Of a DNA stretch of 64,000 nucleotides, positions 29,501 to 43,076 are shown piece by piece (the stretch's first letter is position 1; each line of letters starts with the position of its first letter). The notes beneath the pieces were generated by a model that saw only the letters and a list, made by a program, of their open reading frames with translations, ran no database searches and was not told where the DNA came from. Source of the DNA: Utricularia gibba (Eukaryota > Plantae > Magnoliophyta); NCBI GenBank assembly GCA_002189035.1, contig NEEC01000010.1, positions 1,922,001 to 1,986,000 on the forward strand, written 5' to 3'. Both the position numbers and the translations under genes were made by a program.

Positions 29501-32500
29501 TTCAACTGTGTTCAGCTGCTTTTCCATTTCCATGCAGATGTTTAATCCTTGTTATTTGAATTTGCCTTTCATTAAGTTTTGGGAAATTTTTTCCTTCTTG
29601 ATAAGTGAGGCATCCTTAACATTTTGAGCTATTCACATTTACTTGGCATCTCATCCATCAGAATTCTAATGATGATGCAAGCTGTGGCTTCTCAAAAAGC
29701 TGTGAACAGAATGAGCGTATCAGCTGTGGCAGCTTGCATGGCTCCCTTACTTCTCCGACCACTTCTTGCTGGTGATTGTGATATTGATCATGATTTCGAT
29801 ATGGGAGGTGATGGCTCTGTCCAGCTTTTGCAAGCAGCTGCTGCAGCGAATCATGCTCAAGCGATTGTTATTACATTGCTCGAGGAATATCATAATGTAT
29901 TTGGGGTATGGTTGCATTATGACTGCTAAATATATGTCCTCTTGCCTTTTGTGCGTCTTCTCTGGCCATTTCATTTTGTTAAGTTACATGATCCAAGATA
30001 CAAGGCAAGGAGAGTGTCAGAAATTATTTGGAATCCTACTTTTTTATTTGAATTGTAGTTTATGCTATTTACTGCTAACCCTTCAAAATGGTTTCTAGGA
30101 TGGTGCCATGACGCATGAGCCTTATACGGATTCAGAAGAAAGTGGGAGCGAGAGTGAGGAGATTACAGATGGTGACGATAACTATGATGATGATGAGGAG
30201 GAGGATGAGGATGAGGAGGAGGAGGAGGAGGAGGAGAAGGAGGAGGAGGAGGAGGGTGAGGATGATACTGATGATGATGGTGAGGAAGTATCGGAAGACT
30301 CTAGATCTGATGTGGATGAAAGTGCTGAGCATGAATCAGTTTCAGCTAGTAGCATGAAGGTTGAAGACCCTTCCAAGGAAAAGGTTACACGAGGCCTTCA
30401 GTTTTTGTAATGCCTTTCTTTTTACCTCATTTTGAGTTTGGTTTCAATACTGAATCAGTAACTTTTGAAAATGCAGATCCCTATTGCTCGTAGTCCTGGG
30501 TCTGACTCTTCTGAAGTGGATCGTGTTCTTGAAGCCAGTCGAAGTCTATCATCAAAAAAACATGATGTGCCGTTGATTCGGCATGATGTTAATGAAGTAG
30601 ATGGTAATGTTCTGAATCCTGGTGAAGTAAAACCGAAGGCTGATGACACATCTGAATCAGCTGAAGCTGATAATGGTGAAGCATCACTGGCCAAACTATC
30701 ATCGGAGCCACGGCAAATTGCTGCACCCAACATCCGCCGACCCACTGCTTTGGGTCGTACCCCTGTAAGTACATTGCATACTCAATCTTCTGTAACATTG
30801 ATTGTGTTTTTTTTTTAAAAAAAACATTGATTGTACTTGTGGAGTATGGAAACAAGGGAGATGTTTCAGGATGAGGATTAGTGCAGTATGAAAAACTAGC
30901 GGTCCTCTATGTATTACCGCACCATACGTGGCTTCGTTTCCTAGTTTTCTAGAAAAGGATTGTTGCTTGGTTTGTAGTCATGAGATGCCATTTCAACTTT
31001 AAACATATTTTCGGTATTGGATTCCAGGGAAAGAAGAATCTTTCAATGGAATCCATTGATCTTCCTGTAGAAAATACGTAAGTGATCATCTCTCAAACTC
31101 CCACCCCATTTATCTTCTTTTATTTAAAGCACCAATGAGATCCTCTGATATCACACTCAATCTTCTGTAACATTGATTGTGTTTTTTTTTTTTTTGGTTT
31201 TGGAAAGAGTGGAAATCCAAAATGTTAACCCAGCTGAAAAGGATCTTGAGCTCAAAATCTCAAATGAGGTAAGGCGAGAGTACAGATTTCCATGCTAAGG
31301 CTTCATTCGTCTCTTCTGGCTAATGTTAACCGAATGTTTATGGTAGCAGGCTACTACTGTGAGAGTGATTCTTCAAGACACTCTCAAGATGCGGAAGCAT
31401 GATTTATCCGAACGGCGTGTAGCTCTTGAGAAGGATGTAAGGAACTTTTTTTAAAATTGACCTGAAAGTTTTCTTCTGTCATAGCATCAGTTTATTTCTA
31501 ATACAACACTTTATTTGTCTCCATGCTTACCATTGAAATATTTGAATAGCTTGAGGATGAACTTAAATTGTAGGTAGCACGCCTACAAGTGCAGTTGCAA
31601 AAGGAGATGAGCCTGAGAACAGCACTTGAAGCGTCTTCGAGAAATTCAAAAATGCCTTTATCTTTTTCATCACTGATTGATGAGAAGGTCTGAGCGTGAT
31701 ATTCGTTCTATATGTTTTCACTCGCAGAAAATATGATCATCTTGAGAAGTAACCAAGTAATATTACTTTTAGATGAAGGCCGATCTGGAGGAAATCTCTC
31801 AAGCAGAGACAGATATCCAAAATCTGAAGAAGCAGGCTGATGATCTTGATTTTCAGCTCCATGAACAGCGTGAACAAAATTCTAGGATTGGACAGCAGCT
31901 TCATCAAAATTTCATGGATTATCAATCAAAAGTGTGAGTATATACATATTTCCTTTGGCTATAGAAAAACAGGGAAACTGCTATGCCAAAGTCTGGGACA
32001 AAACCTGAGTTGGCTTTCTCCAAATTCCTACCTGGGTTTTATTTTTTCGTAATCCTGGTTGCAGGAAGGATAAAAAGGTGGACGATAGAGTCACAGTTAT
32101 GGCAAGCACACCTGACAAATCTTCTGCAGTTAAGGTGCGTTACTTACACCCTTCAACAGTCATGCATTAGTGTTTATCAGAGAGAATCATTTCCATGTTA
32201 ACAATGCCTGTGTCATACAAAATCATGTTGTTGGACCTGAGCCAGCCAACAGATGCTGCTGTTCAGTCAAAAGCAACTAATAATCCGAAGTTGGCAAATA
32301 CCCCACAAAATCCAAAGGCGACAATTTCTCCTCAAAATACCAAGAGTAAAGATGTCCATAACTCAAAGAATGCTGGAGTTTCTGCTGTTGTGTCCACCGT
32401 AGATAAACCTGGAACTACCATAACTAGAAAGGCGAGTACAAGGACTGAGGTTGGTCTCTTTCATACCTGCCTTGTTTGTGTAGTTGGATCTTATTTATAT

Positions 32501-33103
32501 ACTGCGTAAATAAATACTGATGCTTCACTTCTGCTCTTAGCGCCAACAGTTGACGACTTTTCTCATATTGCACGCATGTTGAGAAAAAATCATGATCGTC
32601 CCTTGTTGGCGCAAATAGCACACTTATATTTAAATGCACCAAAATAAGATTGCATCAAGTGCAAGGTCACTGAAAAATAGCTCCTGCTTGTGTCATAGGG
32701 CTCTAGTTCTACGACTTCTGCTCTGTCAAAGCTTACAAACAGACTTAACTTCTTGAAGGAACGAACTTCACAAATCACAACCGAGCTGCAGAGCATGGAC
32801 AAAGTTCGTCATTCAACTCAGCCACTCCCATACTCTGCACCAGGTAAAGGATTTGATCCTCACCAGTCCCTTGAAAAGCCGGACAAACATCAAGAACCGA
32901 AACTGCATGCCTCGGAGAAAAGCCTTGAACATGAAAGGAATGAATCACATCGTAATTCTGGTCCGCACCCTCCTCATATGAGCGAAAAAGGTGAATCAGA
33001 AGGCAGCAACCACAGCCTCCTAGACTGGGGAAGGTCTGAGAGCTATTCAACTATGGACAAAGATCATCATTCTAAGGTCACTCCAAGAACATTTTCTAGA
33101 TGA
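26535..33103 (+). CDS. REN1: PH-domain Rho GTPase-activating protein (REN1/PHGAP type) with C-terminal coiled coil, multi-exon
   Basis: PH motif GIGWTSWKKRWFILTQTSLVF. GAP region LEDIDGTPSFLEKAL, arginine finger EGILRQAAD, NRMSVSAVAACMAPLLLRPLL. Coiled coil RRVALEKDVARLQVQLQKE. Stop TGA at 33101-33103. The start codon assignment is less certain. Confidence 0.9.
30172..30290 (+). repeat. GAG/GAT trinucleotide low-complexity tract encoding poly-Glu/Asp in the RhoGAP
   Basis: Encodes DDNYDDDEEEDEDEEEEEEEEKEEEEEGEDDTDDDGEE. Confidence 0.9.
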
Positions 33104-33820
33104 TGCCTGCTCACTTTCTATGACATGTGTCACGGGAAATGCTGGTGTTGGGAGCTGCTCCGTGAAGATACTCTGGTGCTTGTTCATTTTCTTTTTTTGG
33201 AGAACTCTGCTCTGTTGTACATGAATTCTCTTAACTCTTATCAGATTGACTAAAAAAGGGATGTAGCTCCAGCTCCAGGTCTGAGACCGAGGTTCATTGC
33301 AATGATAGTGGGAAGACATTATAAACATTTGAAAAGTTAAGGACAAATGTAGGAATCAACGATAGCTCAAAAAGCGGTATCAGTGCAGACATATAATATA
33401 TATGGATAGCAACATATCAATGTGTACATTATGTACAGGCCAATTATGTGAGCTGAAGCAGGAAACAGAGAGCGCAGAACAAAATGAGGAAACAAAACTG
33501 CACATTCCCTCAAAACTCAATGCTTCCTAACTTCATTCCTATCTCAGTTATCTAACATGTGAGCAAGATTTATTTAGCCCTAGATGATTAGTTCTCGCTG
33601 CAGTGACGAACTACAGATGACTTTGTTACGCCCCTGCATCTGAATTCTCTATATTCTACATGCACAGAACCATATCCCTGATTCTGATGATAAGTACCTG
33701 TAAGTTAAAATACTCCAGCCCCTGGTGTGCTGACTGTTGACAAGGTGTGGCGGCAACCGATAGTGTACATGAATCGGAGGTCACCGTTCAATCCCGCAAC
33801 TTTCCAATGTCGCTTGATAT

Positions 33821-36800
33821 TTAATCCAAGTTTTCACCAGAGCTCGATGATTCTCGATTGCTGGTCTCTGTGCTGGTTGATCCACCTTCAGAGAAGAAGG
33901 ATGAGGAATACTCACTCGACGACTCGTCAGAGGTTGAACCTGTGTTTCTTTTGCGCAGGTAGCCACTCAACCCTGCAACTGAGGAAGCATTCCACGCATC
34001 CAGAGGATGACCTCCAATTTTTCCGCTGGCCTTATCTTTTCTAGGATCATGGAGATGGACTAAGCTCCGGGCTAGCCTTGGGGAACGAGGCGAACACCTG
34101 AGATTCAAGTGACGTTAATGCCGGAAGGGATAACCATAACTTTTTCAAATGCTAGTAGTTACCTTGCATAGAAAAGCATGTAAGCATCTCTAGATAATAC
34201 CTTTTCCAGCTTCACTTCCTCGACCTAAGCAAGACAAATGTCATAGCATGTCCCCTCATTTAACGACCAGAAACAAAACGAAAGAGGATTGAAGAGCATA
34301 CCTTGTTGTCATTAGCCTCAAACCATCGTCTCCGATTGTTCTGTACATAGCAGATGTAATGACCAGAAAGTGAAAAGTCAAGGTGAACCACCACACAGTA
34401 GAGATGGTAAACCGGGGATTGGTCACTCGTTCCACTCATGTATGGAGCTAGGTCCAGAAACTCAGGAAACTCGACTCTCTTATTTAGCTTTCCACATTTT
34501 CCACTCTGTGATAAAAATATCATAAGTTAGAGAGAAAGGTAAAAAAAAAAAAGTCGAACTTCAACGGCAAACTAACTAATCTCAGACACCTGAAATCTTT
34601 TAAGAGCAATCGTGAGGACATTTGGTGCCTCCAATACTCTCAGCTTCTTTTTTGCTTTCACATAGGACTTACATCTGTGACATAAGAAGAAAATCAGTGG
34701 CTGGTATTTTAGGAAACAATAAGCCACATATATGTGGCACCCGGTAAAAATAAGGAGCATCTAAATGACCCATTTTCTCTGTGATTCATCAAGACTTAAC
34801 TTAAAACCAACTTCATGCTAGTTAGAACAGAAAATGAAGGATATCCCCAATTAATCGATTATATGCGAGTTAGGTGTCATTAAAGAGCATACCTGCTGCA
34901 ATGATACTTGTTTTCGCCATCCAGGATTTCAGAGCGGGTGAACTGGCATAAAGCATCTTCTAGAGTAGATACATCTCCATCTATCTCAACGGCTAAGTCC
35001 ATCATCCTTTCATGCTGCTCGGAGATACCACCACATCGCAAGCACTCAATCTGCGCTTTGAATTCTAGAAGTTACAATCTTCACTCAAAGATAGTGGTGT
35101 GTACATGAAGGGATCAGGTTTGGCTACCTTTGAGCGGAGGTAGCCCCCAAATGTGAAACTCAAGAGAGTCGTTTCTTCATCCATAGGGGTTGGCACCTTA
35201 GCTCCAGCTTCCCTCAGGCAAGCAAGTTGCATACAGTCAATAGCATACCTGGAAAATTGAAAAATACATGTTGGGCTGAGAAATGGCACAACCCCCAAAG
35301 AATAATGTAAAATCATTGGAAAACCAACCTAAGAAACTCATGAGCATCTTCTTCCCTTCCATGGACCAGATGACTTCCGATGCTATTTATCTTTGACATT
35401 ATCCGACCTGGTGACACCGGATATCTTCCTGTATGGATTTTCTTAACCAAGTCTTCAAACTCACAGGAGAAGCACCATTCTGTTCTTTGGCCTATCGTGT
35501 GTAGAGGATGCACATAAGGAAAGTATATTAGAACATTCACGTTTTCATACTTCCAAATTCTGAGAGCGATAGATAAGATGCAACTCACAGTATTTTGAAT
35601 GCAGCCCTTGGAGAAAATAGGCTGTAAGAGGTGGGGTAAACACCAAGCACTGAATCACAGCATTTGCATAGCAGCTGCAGAATTTCTGTATGTTAGAGGT
35701 AACATTTTTCACAAATTTTGAGGTAAAGATACTCTTTCATTGCAAAATAAATTTCAACGTTTCAGCAGAAAACTAGGACCCTAGTTTCTAAAAACCTCCC
35801 AGTACAAAGTACATAGGAAACAGGTATACACAAATCATTGATCTGCCGTTTTATTGTAGAATGTAAGAAGAAAAAAAAGGTTGCAGCCTCACCTATTTCC
35901 ACAATTTATAAGTCCACAAGGGGATAATTCAACCTCATTCCAGTTGTAAAGCTTCACAAAATGTTCATATGAAAATGAACCCTGCCAAAAGAAAAGGTCA
36001 AATTATCTTTACTCTAATAGAGTAAAAATGAAACAAAACTATCATTCCCACCTTATATGTACCAATGATCCCATCCAAGGTACGGGAAGCTCCAACCTGG
36101 TGCACAATTCCCGTGTTATGATGACCATCTCTGGATCCAGCAGCCTCAGAATATCCATCCTTTTTCATCAAGCGCACTTCATTCTTACAGGCTATTTCAT
36201 TTCCTCTGGAGTTCAATTGAAGTGTGCTGGGGCTAGAAAACGCATAATTTTTGGAGGGTTCCAATTTGTTTACTTGGCATTTCCTAACCTCCAAAATAAT
36301 TGTGTCATTTTCGTGTCCAAGTTGCCCCTGCTGCAAAGAGTGCGGGCTATTGCATCCAGATGTATGCTTGGTTGGATTCTGCTCCTTGCACGTGCTTTCA
36401 AGAACATGAGAAGAGGACACTTTAGATTCCTCGGTAGAGTTCACGTCTGATGAACTACTACTCCTTGAATTTTGAACTGGTAGTTTGCTACTCAAAGAAC
36501 GGTGTCTCAGCTTGACGTCAGATTCACTTGCTTCCAATGATGGAGATACGACAGTTGCCTTTGCTGATGTAGAAGGCCCATTCTCTATGGATGTGTTCTT
36601 ACCTGAACTGGAGATTTTGATACTGGTGTTGACAAACTCATTAGCTGCATCTATCTTGGAACTGTTGCGATCACTGTTTTCCTCCCAGGAACTACTAGAT
36701 GGTGTAGAAGGCTCGGTAATCGAATGGTCTTCAGAGTCCACTGAACTGCAGTCAGATGAAACTGAAGATCTAGACTTTTCATCCGATGCACTTGAGAAGT

Positions 36801-37767
36801 CAAAGTGCCCAGGATTTGTTGAATTAGACCGATCTGAGAAGAGTGGTTTCACTGTCTCTGAGTTCATTGATGCACTCCATCTGCCTACTGCATTCCCTTC
36901 TTCCAATCTCTCACTACTGGTATGAGTCAAGCTTTTTGAAATGGTGGATGGAGCATGAATATCAGAAGGTGAGTTGAATAGGACCTTAAAATTCCCATCT
37001 GAAGTTTTCACATCAGTAGCTTCGGTTCCAGATCCCATATTCTCCTCAAATCCTTGAGGGACAGAGCTTGAGAACTTATGTCCATGAGATAACCCAACTG
37101 CTCCAGCAGTTTTCTGCCCTTCAAACTCGGTATCATGGTTAAACTCAAAAACACGAGAGTACACTCCAGCATCAGATTTTCGCTGAGCGGACAAGATTGG
37201 GCATTCATCTCTGTGACCCTGACGCCAATGAATAATCTGACACTTCCCAGAGCTGCAACATAATGTGATATAAGTACGGACTGGAACATCCAAATGCTAT
37301 GGCAAACAACGCTGAATTGATATCTTAAAAGGCAAAAAATTAAGAAAAAACAATCAGATAATTTTCTCAAATCCAAAACCATTAAAACAAAACCCTTTGC
37401 ACTGCTTCCAAAGTGGCCAATCAGCATACCAGTAATGAACGGATTTGCACTGCTTGCATCTCGTTGTGGTGGGGATGCCACAGACCTCACAGAGATACTG
37501 GACGTGCCTGGCAGGAGATGACGCCGAAAACGACGAAATCGGTTCCTCCACCCCCGGCTCAAAGTTCATAACCGAACCATATTTTCGGTAGCTAGCGGAG
37601 GCTTCAAGCTCAGCCCTTGAAGCCTCTGCCGCTGCCAACGCCATCCGTCTTCTCATCTCCTGATTCCGAGCAACCATTGCCCTCCATTTCCACCGTGCCA
37701 CAAACCACCCAATCCCTACCACAACCAGCACACCCAGAAAAGATGCAGGATTCACAATAAAAGACAT
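33821..37767 (-). CDS. UBP17: Ubiquitin-specific protease with N-terminal hydrophobic segment and MYND zinc finger (UBP16/UBP17-like), multi-exon
   Basis: MYND motif [21 protein letters not shown] then [14 protein letters not shown]. Cys box [27 protein letters not shown]-like [11 protein letters not shown], His box [29 protein letters not shown]16 versus UBP17 is not resolved. Confidence 0.92.
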
Positions 37768-38743
37768 TTACAGTCGTTCAAAACAACCACCGCGATGGAT
37801 CAAATCGCATCGAGGAAAACCCAATTTTCTTCGAAATTCATAGATCACTCTTTCTCCTTCAACACAACTTCACCCGCAATCAACCCAGATGAAAACCCAC
37901 CCAACTCGATCGAGATTTACACTAGTATCCCCTAAACCCTCCTCCACTGCCCGATACTCCTGGAAAACCCACCACCCCCAGACAGTTAAACGATCGTGAT
38001 TTCAGGCGCAAGAAACTCTACAGTGGACACAAAGAAAAACCCAGAACTCCCGTAATTCTCCCAAGAAAATATTTTCCGAAAGGTAGAAGGAAATTTACAT
38101 TCCTTTCCCACGAGCTACGAAATGTCTGAAAATAAATGTTCAAGATTTCCATATACTTTTGTCTTCTTCTTTCAATTGCAAGAATCAAATCAACAGAATC
38201 TCATCCTCAATTTTCAAACCCCATGAAAATACTCCCACACCAAGAAAAGCATAACCCTTTCTTCAAGGATTTGGAGTTCCGACAGTTTTCCTCGAATTTT
38301 TAAAATCATATTATTGCACCAAAAATTTACGTAGAAAAAGCTTTATATTTTCTAATTTCAAAAAAGGTTTTCTAAAATTAATATATTTGATTTTCCAGTT
38401 TTGCCCTTTGATTGCTTTTCCGAAACGTGTGCGGCGAGTGAGTATCGAATCTTTCCGTGTGACGTGGCACTGGGTGACGCGGTTTAGTTTTTCTCATACG
38501 GTGTGCCCGCGATGCAGAGGAGTACGAGGGCTTTCTTTTCTTGTTTGATTGCAGCAACGGCTAGGTGTGTCTCCAGTTTGAACTTCGAACTTCAAGTTCT
38601 GCAATCACGCCACCGCGACCGGGCAGGTATTTCTTTTCCGGAACGGGTGCGCCGATATGGGTGGTTTTTACGAGTTTACGGTTTTTCTTTTTCAGATCTC
38701 GAGAATCTCAGGCTCTAGTTTTGAATTGTTTTGACGTTTTGAG

Positions 38744-40385
38744 ATGGAAATTCCTCAAGAAACCGAGTATTACATTCGCGAATCGATAGATCACACCCTG
38801 GGCCTACGGGTGTCAACTGAGACTCTCTGTCATAAATTTCATGCCGTTGAAGCGGAGAATGTTAACCTGCGCAACCAGTATCTCTCTCTGCAATCGAAAC
38901 TCCGGGAGAAGGATGAAATTATTGAACGATCTAGGGTATTTGTTTCTTTTGGGAAATTGGAGCTTGTTTTCATACGTATGGAAATGGTTTACATTTCTTT
39001 TTTCCTTTTAGGCTGAAGCAAGCATGAACGCCTTGGCTTTAAAGAAATTCGTGGAGGAAAACCAGAAATTGGCCATAGAGTGCTCTAATCTGCTAGCGGA
39101 GTGCAATAAATTGCAAGGGGAGTGCTCACTGTACGACCATGATCGCGAGGCCTTGATGGATTTCGCAAACGAGGCAGACGAGAGGGCCAAGGAGGCTGAT
39201 CTTAGGAACCACGACTTGGAAGAGGAGAAGAAGAAACTAGAGGAACAGTTACAATTTTACAAGCTTCAATCTGAGCACAATGAGGTAAGTATGATTCAAC
39301 TTTCGTAATGTCCATATTTATCGCATTCTATCTAGTTTGGTTTCCTTTAATGACAAATTTAATCATTGAACCTTGAAAATTTTATTTTTTACCCTTTTTT
39401 GTGGGTCAGTTTTGGGTTCATTGTCATGTATCTATTGCATCCTGTAGCCTCTTTCTACATGTATTTTCAGAATATTAGGGCAATTGAGATTTGGGATAGA
39501 ATTTTGCGCAAAGGTCGAACCAATACCAAACTTACTTCTACTGCATCACGGCTTTTTCTGCGTATTAAGTTTGCATTTGTAGTTGGGGTTGACCGCTATT
39601 CTTATGTTATGCAGTTTGATGTTTCTAGCCATGGGTCGCAAGAAGAAAAAATGCTTCTTGGCAAACTACTGACAACAGTATTTAGCAGTGAAGAAAGAAC
39701 ATCAAGTGGATATAATTTCTTGGAGGCACATAGAGGTCTTCATGTTTGTAAAGAATTGTTGAACAGATGGACTAGGTGCGTTGTGTACTAGGAGTTGTCA
39801 ACAAGATTTGTTGTTTCAATCGATTGGATATATGAGCCCTTGTTGCAGCTTTGTGATTCTGTTGTCATTGTTTTTATTTCATGGCAGCTTAATGCCTTCA
39901 TCTCGGGAGATCATAGCACTGGTGGCACATGTAAAGAGCTTGGCGAAGGATAAGGATAACTTAACAGTTAACCTCCGTAGAGCCGAAGCTGAGGTACAAT
40001 CCATTTTAGTTCAAGCATCAATTTTGGGGTATTTTTTTAATTTTCATGTTTCATCAGGTAACTGTATTATTTGAAGAAAACAGCCTCCTAAATGAGGAGA
40101 TCAAGAGATTAACGAAGAAATGTTATAGGGAAAAGCATAACTCGGGCTCTGGAGGAGCTAGTAATTCCGGAAAGGTGTGTACTCCACTCATACATACTTC
40201 TGTTTCTGTATAGAAATAGACACTGCTAAATCCTTTCAAATCAACAGGGAAAGCGTAAATCTAGCCCTGCAATTAGCAGCCCGGAGATGAAGAAGGTTGC
40301 ATTCAATGATGATGAACTGCAAAGACGAGTGCTTTCACCACTGCAATCAAACTCACCTGAATACATCCGAATGCACAAGAGATAA
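38744..40385 (+). CDS. Conserved plant coiled-coil protein of unknown function, multi-exon
   Basis: MEIPQETEYYIRESIDHTLGL... / AEASMNALALKKFVEENQKL...CSLYDHDREALMDFANEADERAKEA / EIIALVAHVKSLAKDKDNLTVNLRRAEAEV. Ends RVLSPLQSNSPEYIRMHKR* with TAA at 40383-40385. Confidence 0.82.
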
Positions 40386-41792
40386 GGAAGGCTTTACAGT
40401 CATTGATTTTCAACAAACTGACTTAGCTTGAGGTACACATTGACCATTCATCATTTCTCACAAATCATGAAACTCATTTGATTTCATCCACGGCTCTTGT
40501 TACTGAAGTAGTGCTACAGTGCTCAATGGTCCATTTATTAGAAAACTTATGATGAGTGATCATGATGATGATGCTAAAATATGATCTGATTCGATAATTC
40601 TTTCTCCTTGTTTAGATTATCATTAGCGCTCTGCGTGTATGCAGAGCTAGCAAATCTTCTTACTGTTTGAAAAAGGCTAGGTTTAGCATCCCAATTCAAA
40701 ATTAGTAAATTTAAATCCGCATTTTTAGAAGTTAGTGAAAGTCCTGAAAGTGTTCCTCCGATGCTTCAGGGACACAACAGTAACAGCAATAACTAAAAGC
40801 TATATAGGCCTCTGAAAGAAACTTTAAGAATTTGAGGGTATTCACCAAGATTTTTCCACGAGTTTAGAGTTTAGAGATGACTTCTGAAGTCAAGCGGCTT
40901 CATGATTTGTTAAGGAAACCCTTTAGTGGATCTGTTCCCCAGTCCTTATCCTTCCATCAGCAAACCGGGTTCCAGTTCATGTACTCAATTGATGAGGCGG
41001 CTGCTCTGCTCTACTCAACTGATGAGTACATTTAAAATTATTTTGTGTAGCTGTTTTGAATGCATACATATTTAATGTTTACAGTTTTATATGTTTTTCT
41101 TATCAAAGAAAGTAGTCATGTGGAATTTGTTTAAGGTGTTATTTATTATTCACCCTTCCTGGAGAGAGCTCGTGGAAGAAGTAAACTCTTCTACTTATAT
41201 ATGTTCCAAATGAGGATTGACATCTGAGCTTTTCTGCCAAGGTTCAGTTTCTCCACCCGAAGTTCAATATGCATTGGAATAAACAATTCCAAACATAGTG
41301 AAAAGACAGAGCCTGATGCTAACGTGTTAGGTGCCTTGTCCACATCGTGTAACCAATTCTGCTACCCAATGTGTTGAAAATAGGCCCGGCGCTTTGCTTC
41401 GAAACCCATCAACCGAGCTGGCCCTCTCCTCTTTGATGATGATGGGATGTTTCTTTCTTTCTTTCTTTCTTTTTTTTTTTTAACATGTCCATCCCCATTG
41501 TCTTAAGCAGCACCATCCATGTCCATGGCTTTGATCTACACTCAAAAGCATTGTAAGAGACGACTCATGTGCATCAAACCCCATCATCATCTCCCCCTTT
41601 TTCACAGGCCGATGGATGTGTTGGATCCCTTACCAACTCCCCTTCATAAAGATGGCGTCCTTTTCATCTCCAAGGAATCAATGGTCATCGAACCATCTTC
41701 CCTTTCTCCCTTTCTTCCTCTCTCTATATATACCCATGCTATGCCACGCAGATATTGACATACATCATTGCTTTTAGGCTCAGTTTCAGAGG

Positions 41793-42453
41793 ATGATGAT
41801 GGTGGTGGTTGTGATGGCGATGATGATGGCTTGGTCTGGAATCCATGGCGCATCAGCTGCAACATACAATGTGGGAGACGCATCTGGATGGGGCGTAGGC
41901 ACTGATTATTCTTCATGGGCTTCGGACAAAACCTTTCGTGTCGGGGATGCTTTAGGTGAGCGAGTCTCCTACCATTCTAAGCCATTTCCTTCACAGTTCC
42001 ACAGATGATCAGTATTTCGTTTCTGTTTTTGTAATAACCCTTTTGATTACAACAAAAAATGAAGTGTTTAACTACCCCGGCGGGCATACAGTGGAGGAAG
42101 TGAGCGCAACGGACTACAGGGCATGCAACGCCGGGAACTCCTTAACATCTGACAGCAGCGGCGCCACCTCTATCACCCTCAGGACCGCCGGGACCCACTA
42201 CTTCATCTGCGGCGTCCCCGGTCACTGTTCCGGCGGAATGAAGCTCTCCGTGAAGGCGGAGCAACAGTCATCCAGTGAGACTACCCCGACTACTACTACA
42301 CCTTCCTCCGGAAGCACCACCACTTCCCCCGCCGCGACGATCCCAGCCCTCGGCGGTGCCGCTTCAATCCCGACTTCAACCGCGGCGATTTCGCCCTCCA
42401 GCGCCGCAGCTTCCGCCGCTTTGTTGGTGTTTTTGATCCGCTTCCTGTGGTGA
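41793..42453 (+). CDS. Phytocyanin blue copper protein, uclacyanin-type (Met axial ligand), with Ser/Thr/Pro/Ala tail and likely GPI signal
   Basis: Exons 41793-41955 and 42065-42453. Signal peptide, then [33 protein letters not shown] (His/Cys/His/Met ligands), hydrophobic C-terminus. Confidence 0.93.
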
Positions 42454-43076
42454 AAACTTGGCCGGAGGCCAGGGTTGAGGCAGTGCCGAGTCCCCGTGTC
42501 TTTGATCCGTACTGTAGCCCCTTGTTTATCCCTTCCACATCCTCGTCATTTGTAATAAACAGTTTAAAGCATCATTTATTGTGTTTCCAAAGCCGGTCCA
42601 ACCGTTTTGCTATTTTTTTTTGTATCATTTATATATTTCAATTTTCAAGTATTATATTAACCGAAAATTGAGAAAAAATCATTATTCCCATATTTTCACA
42701 TGTAAAAAAGAATATTAATAAATATAATATTAACCGCCGCCCCCCCCCCCCCAAAAGAGAAGAACCACATGGGGGGTGTCGACCGCTTTCACCCCCAGCC
42801 TAGCTGTTTAAATCCAAATTTAAAGGCATTACCTTTTTATTTTAAATTCGTATAAAATTTATTACAACGACACGTGTCACCCAGACCGAATACACGTGTC
42901 GCCTCCAGAATATGAATAAAATCATTTCCGATATTTGTTTTCACGAGAGGGGGAATTAAATTGAATAAAAAGGGTTAAAGATTCAAATAAAACGGTCAAA
43001 TGACCAGGCAAAAGGAATGTGACTTGAAATCGGCATTCCGGTACTTGAAATAATAATTCAAAATCAAGGCGGAGAT

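Noticed and set aside
30115-30376. Poly-Arg, poly-Leu and poly-Ser ORFs in the ORF track
   Set aside because: They are alternative-frame and antisense readings of the RhoGAP GAG tract.
35890-35985. Suspected frameshift in the UBP Cys-box exon
   Set aside because: Recounting the G run at 35920-35923 gives an intact frame [13 protein letters not shown].
40690-41010. Possibly coding-like fragment between the coiled-coil and phytocyanin genes
   Set aside because: Stops in all frames and no recognisable family, too weak to call a pseudogene.
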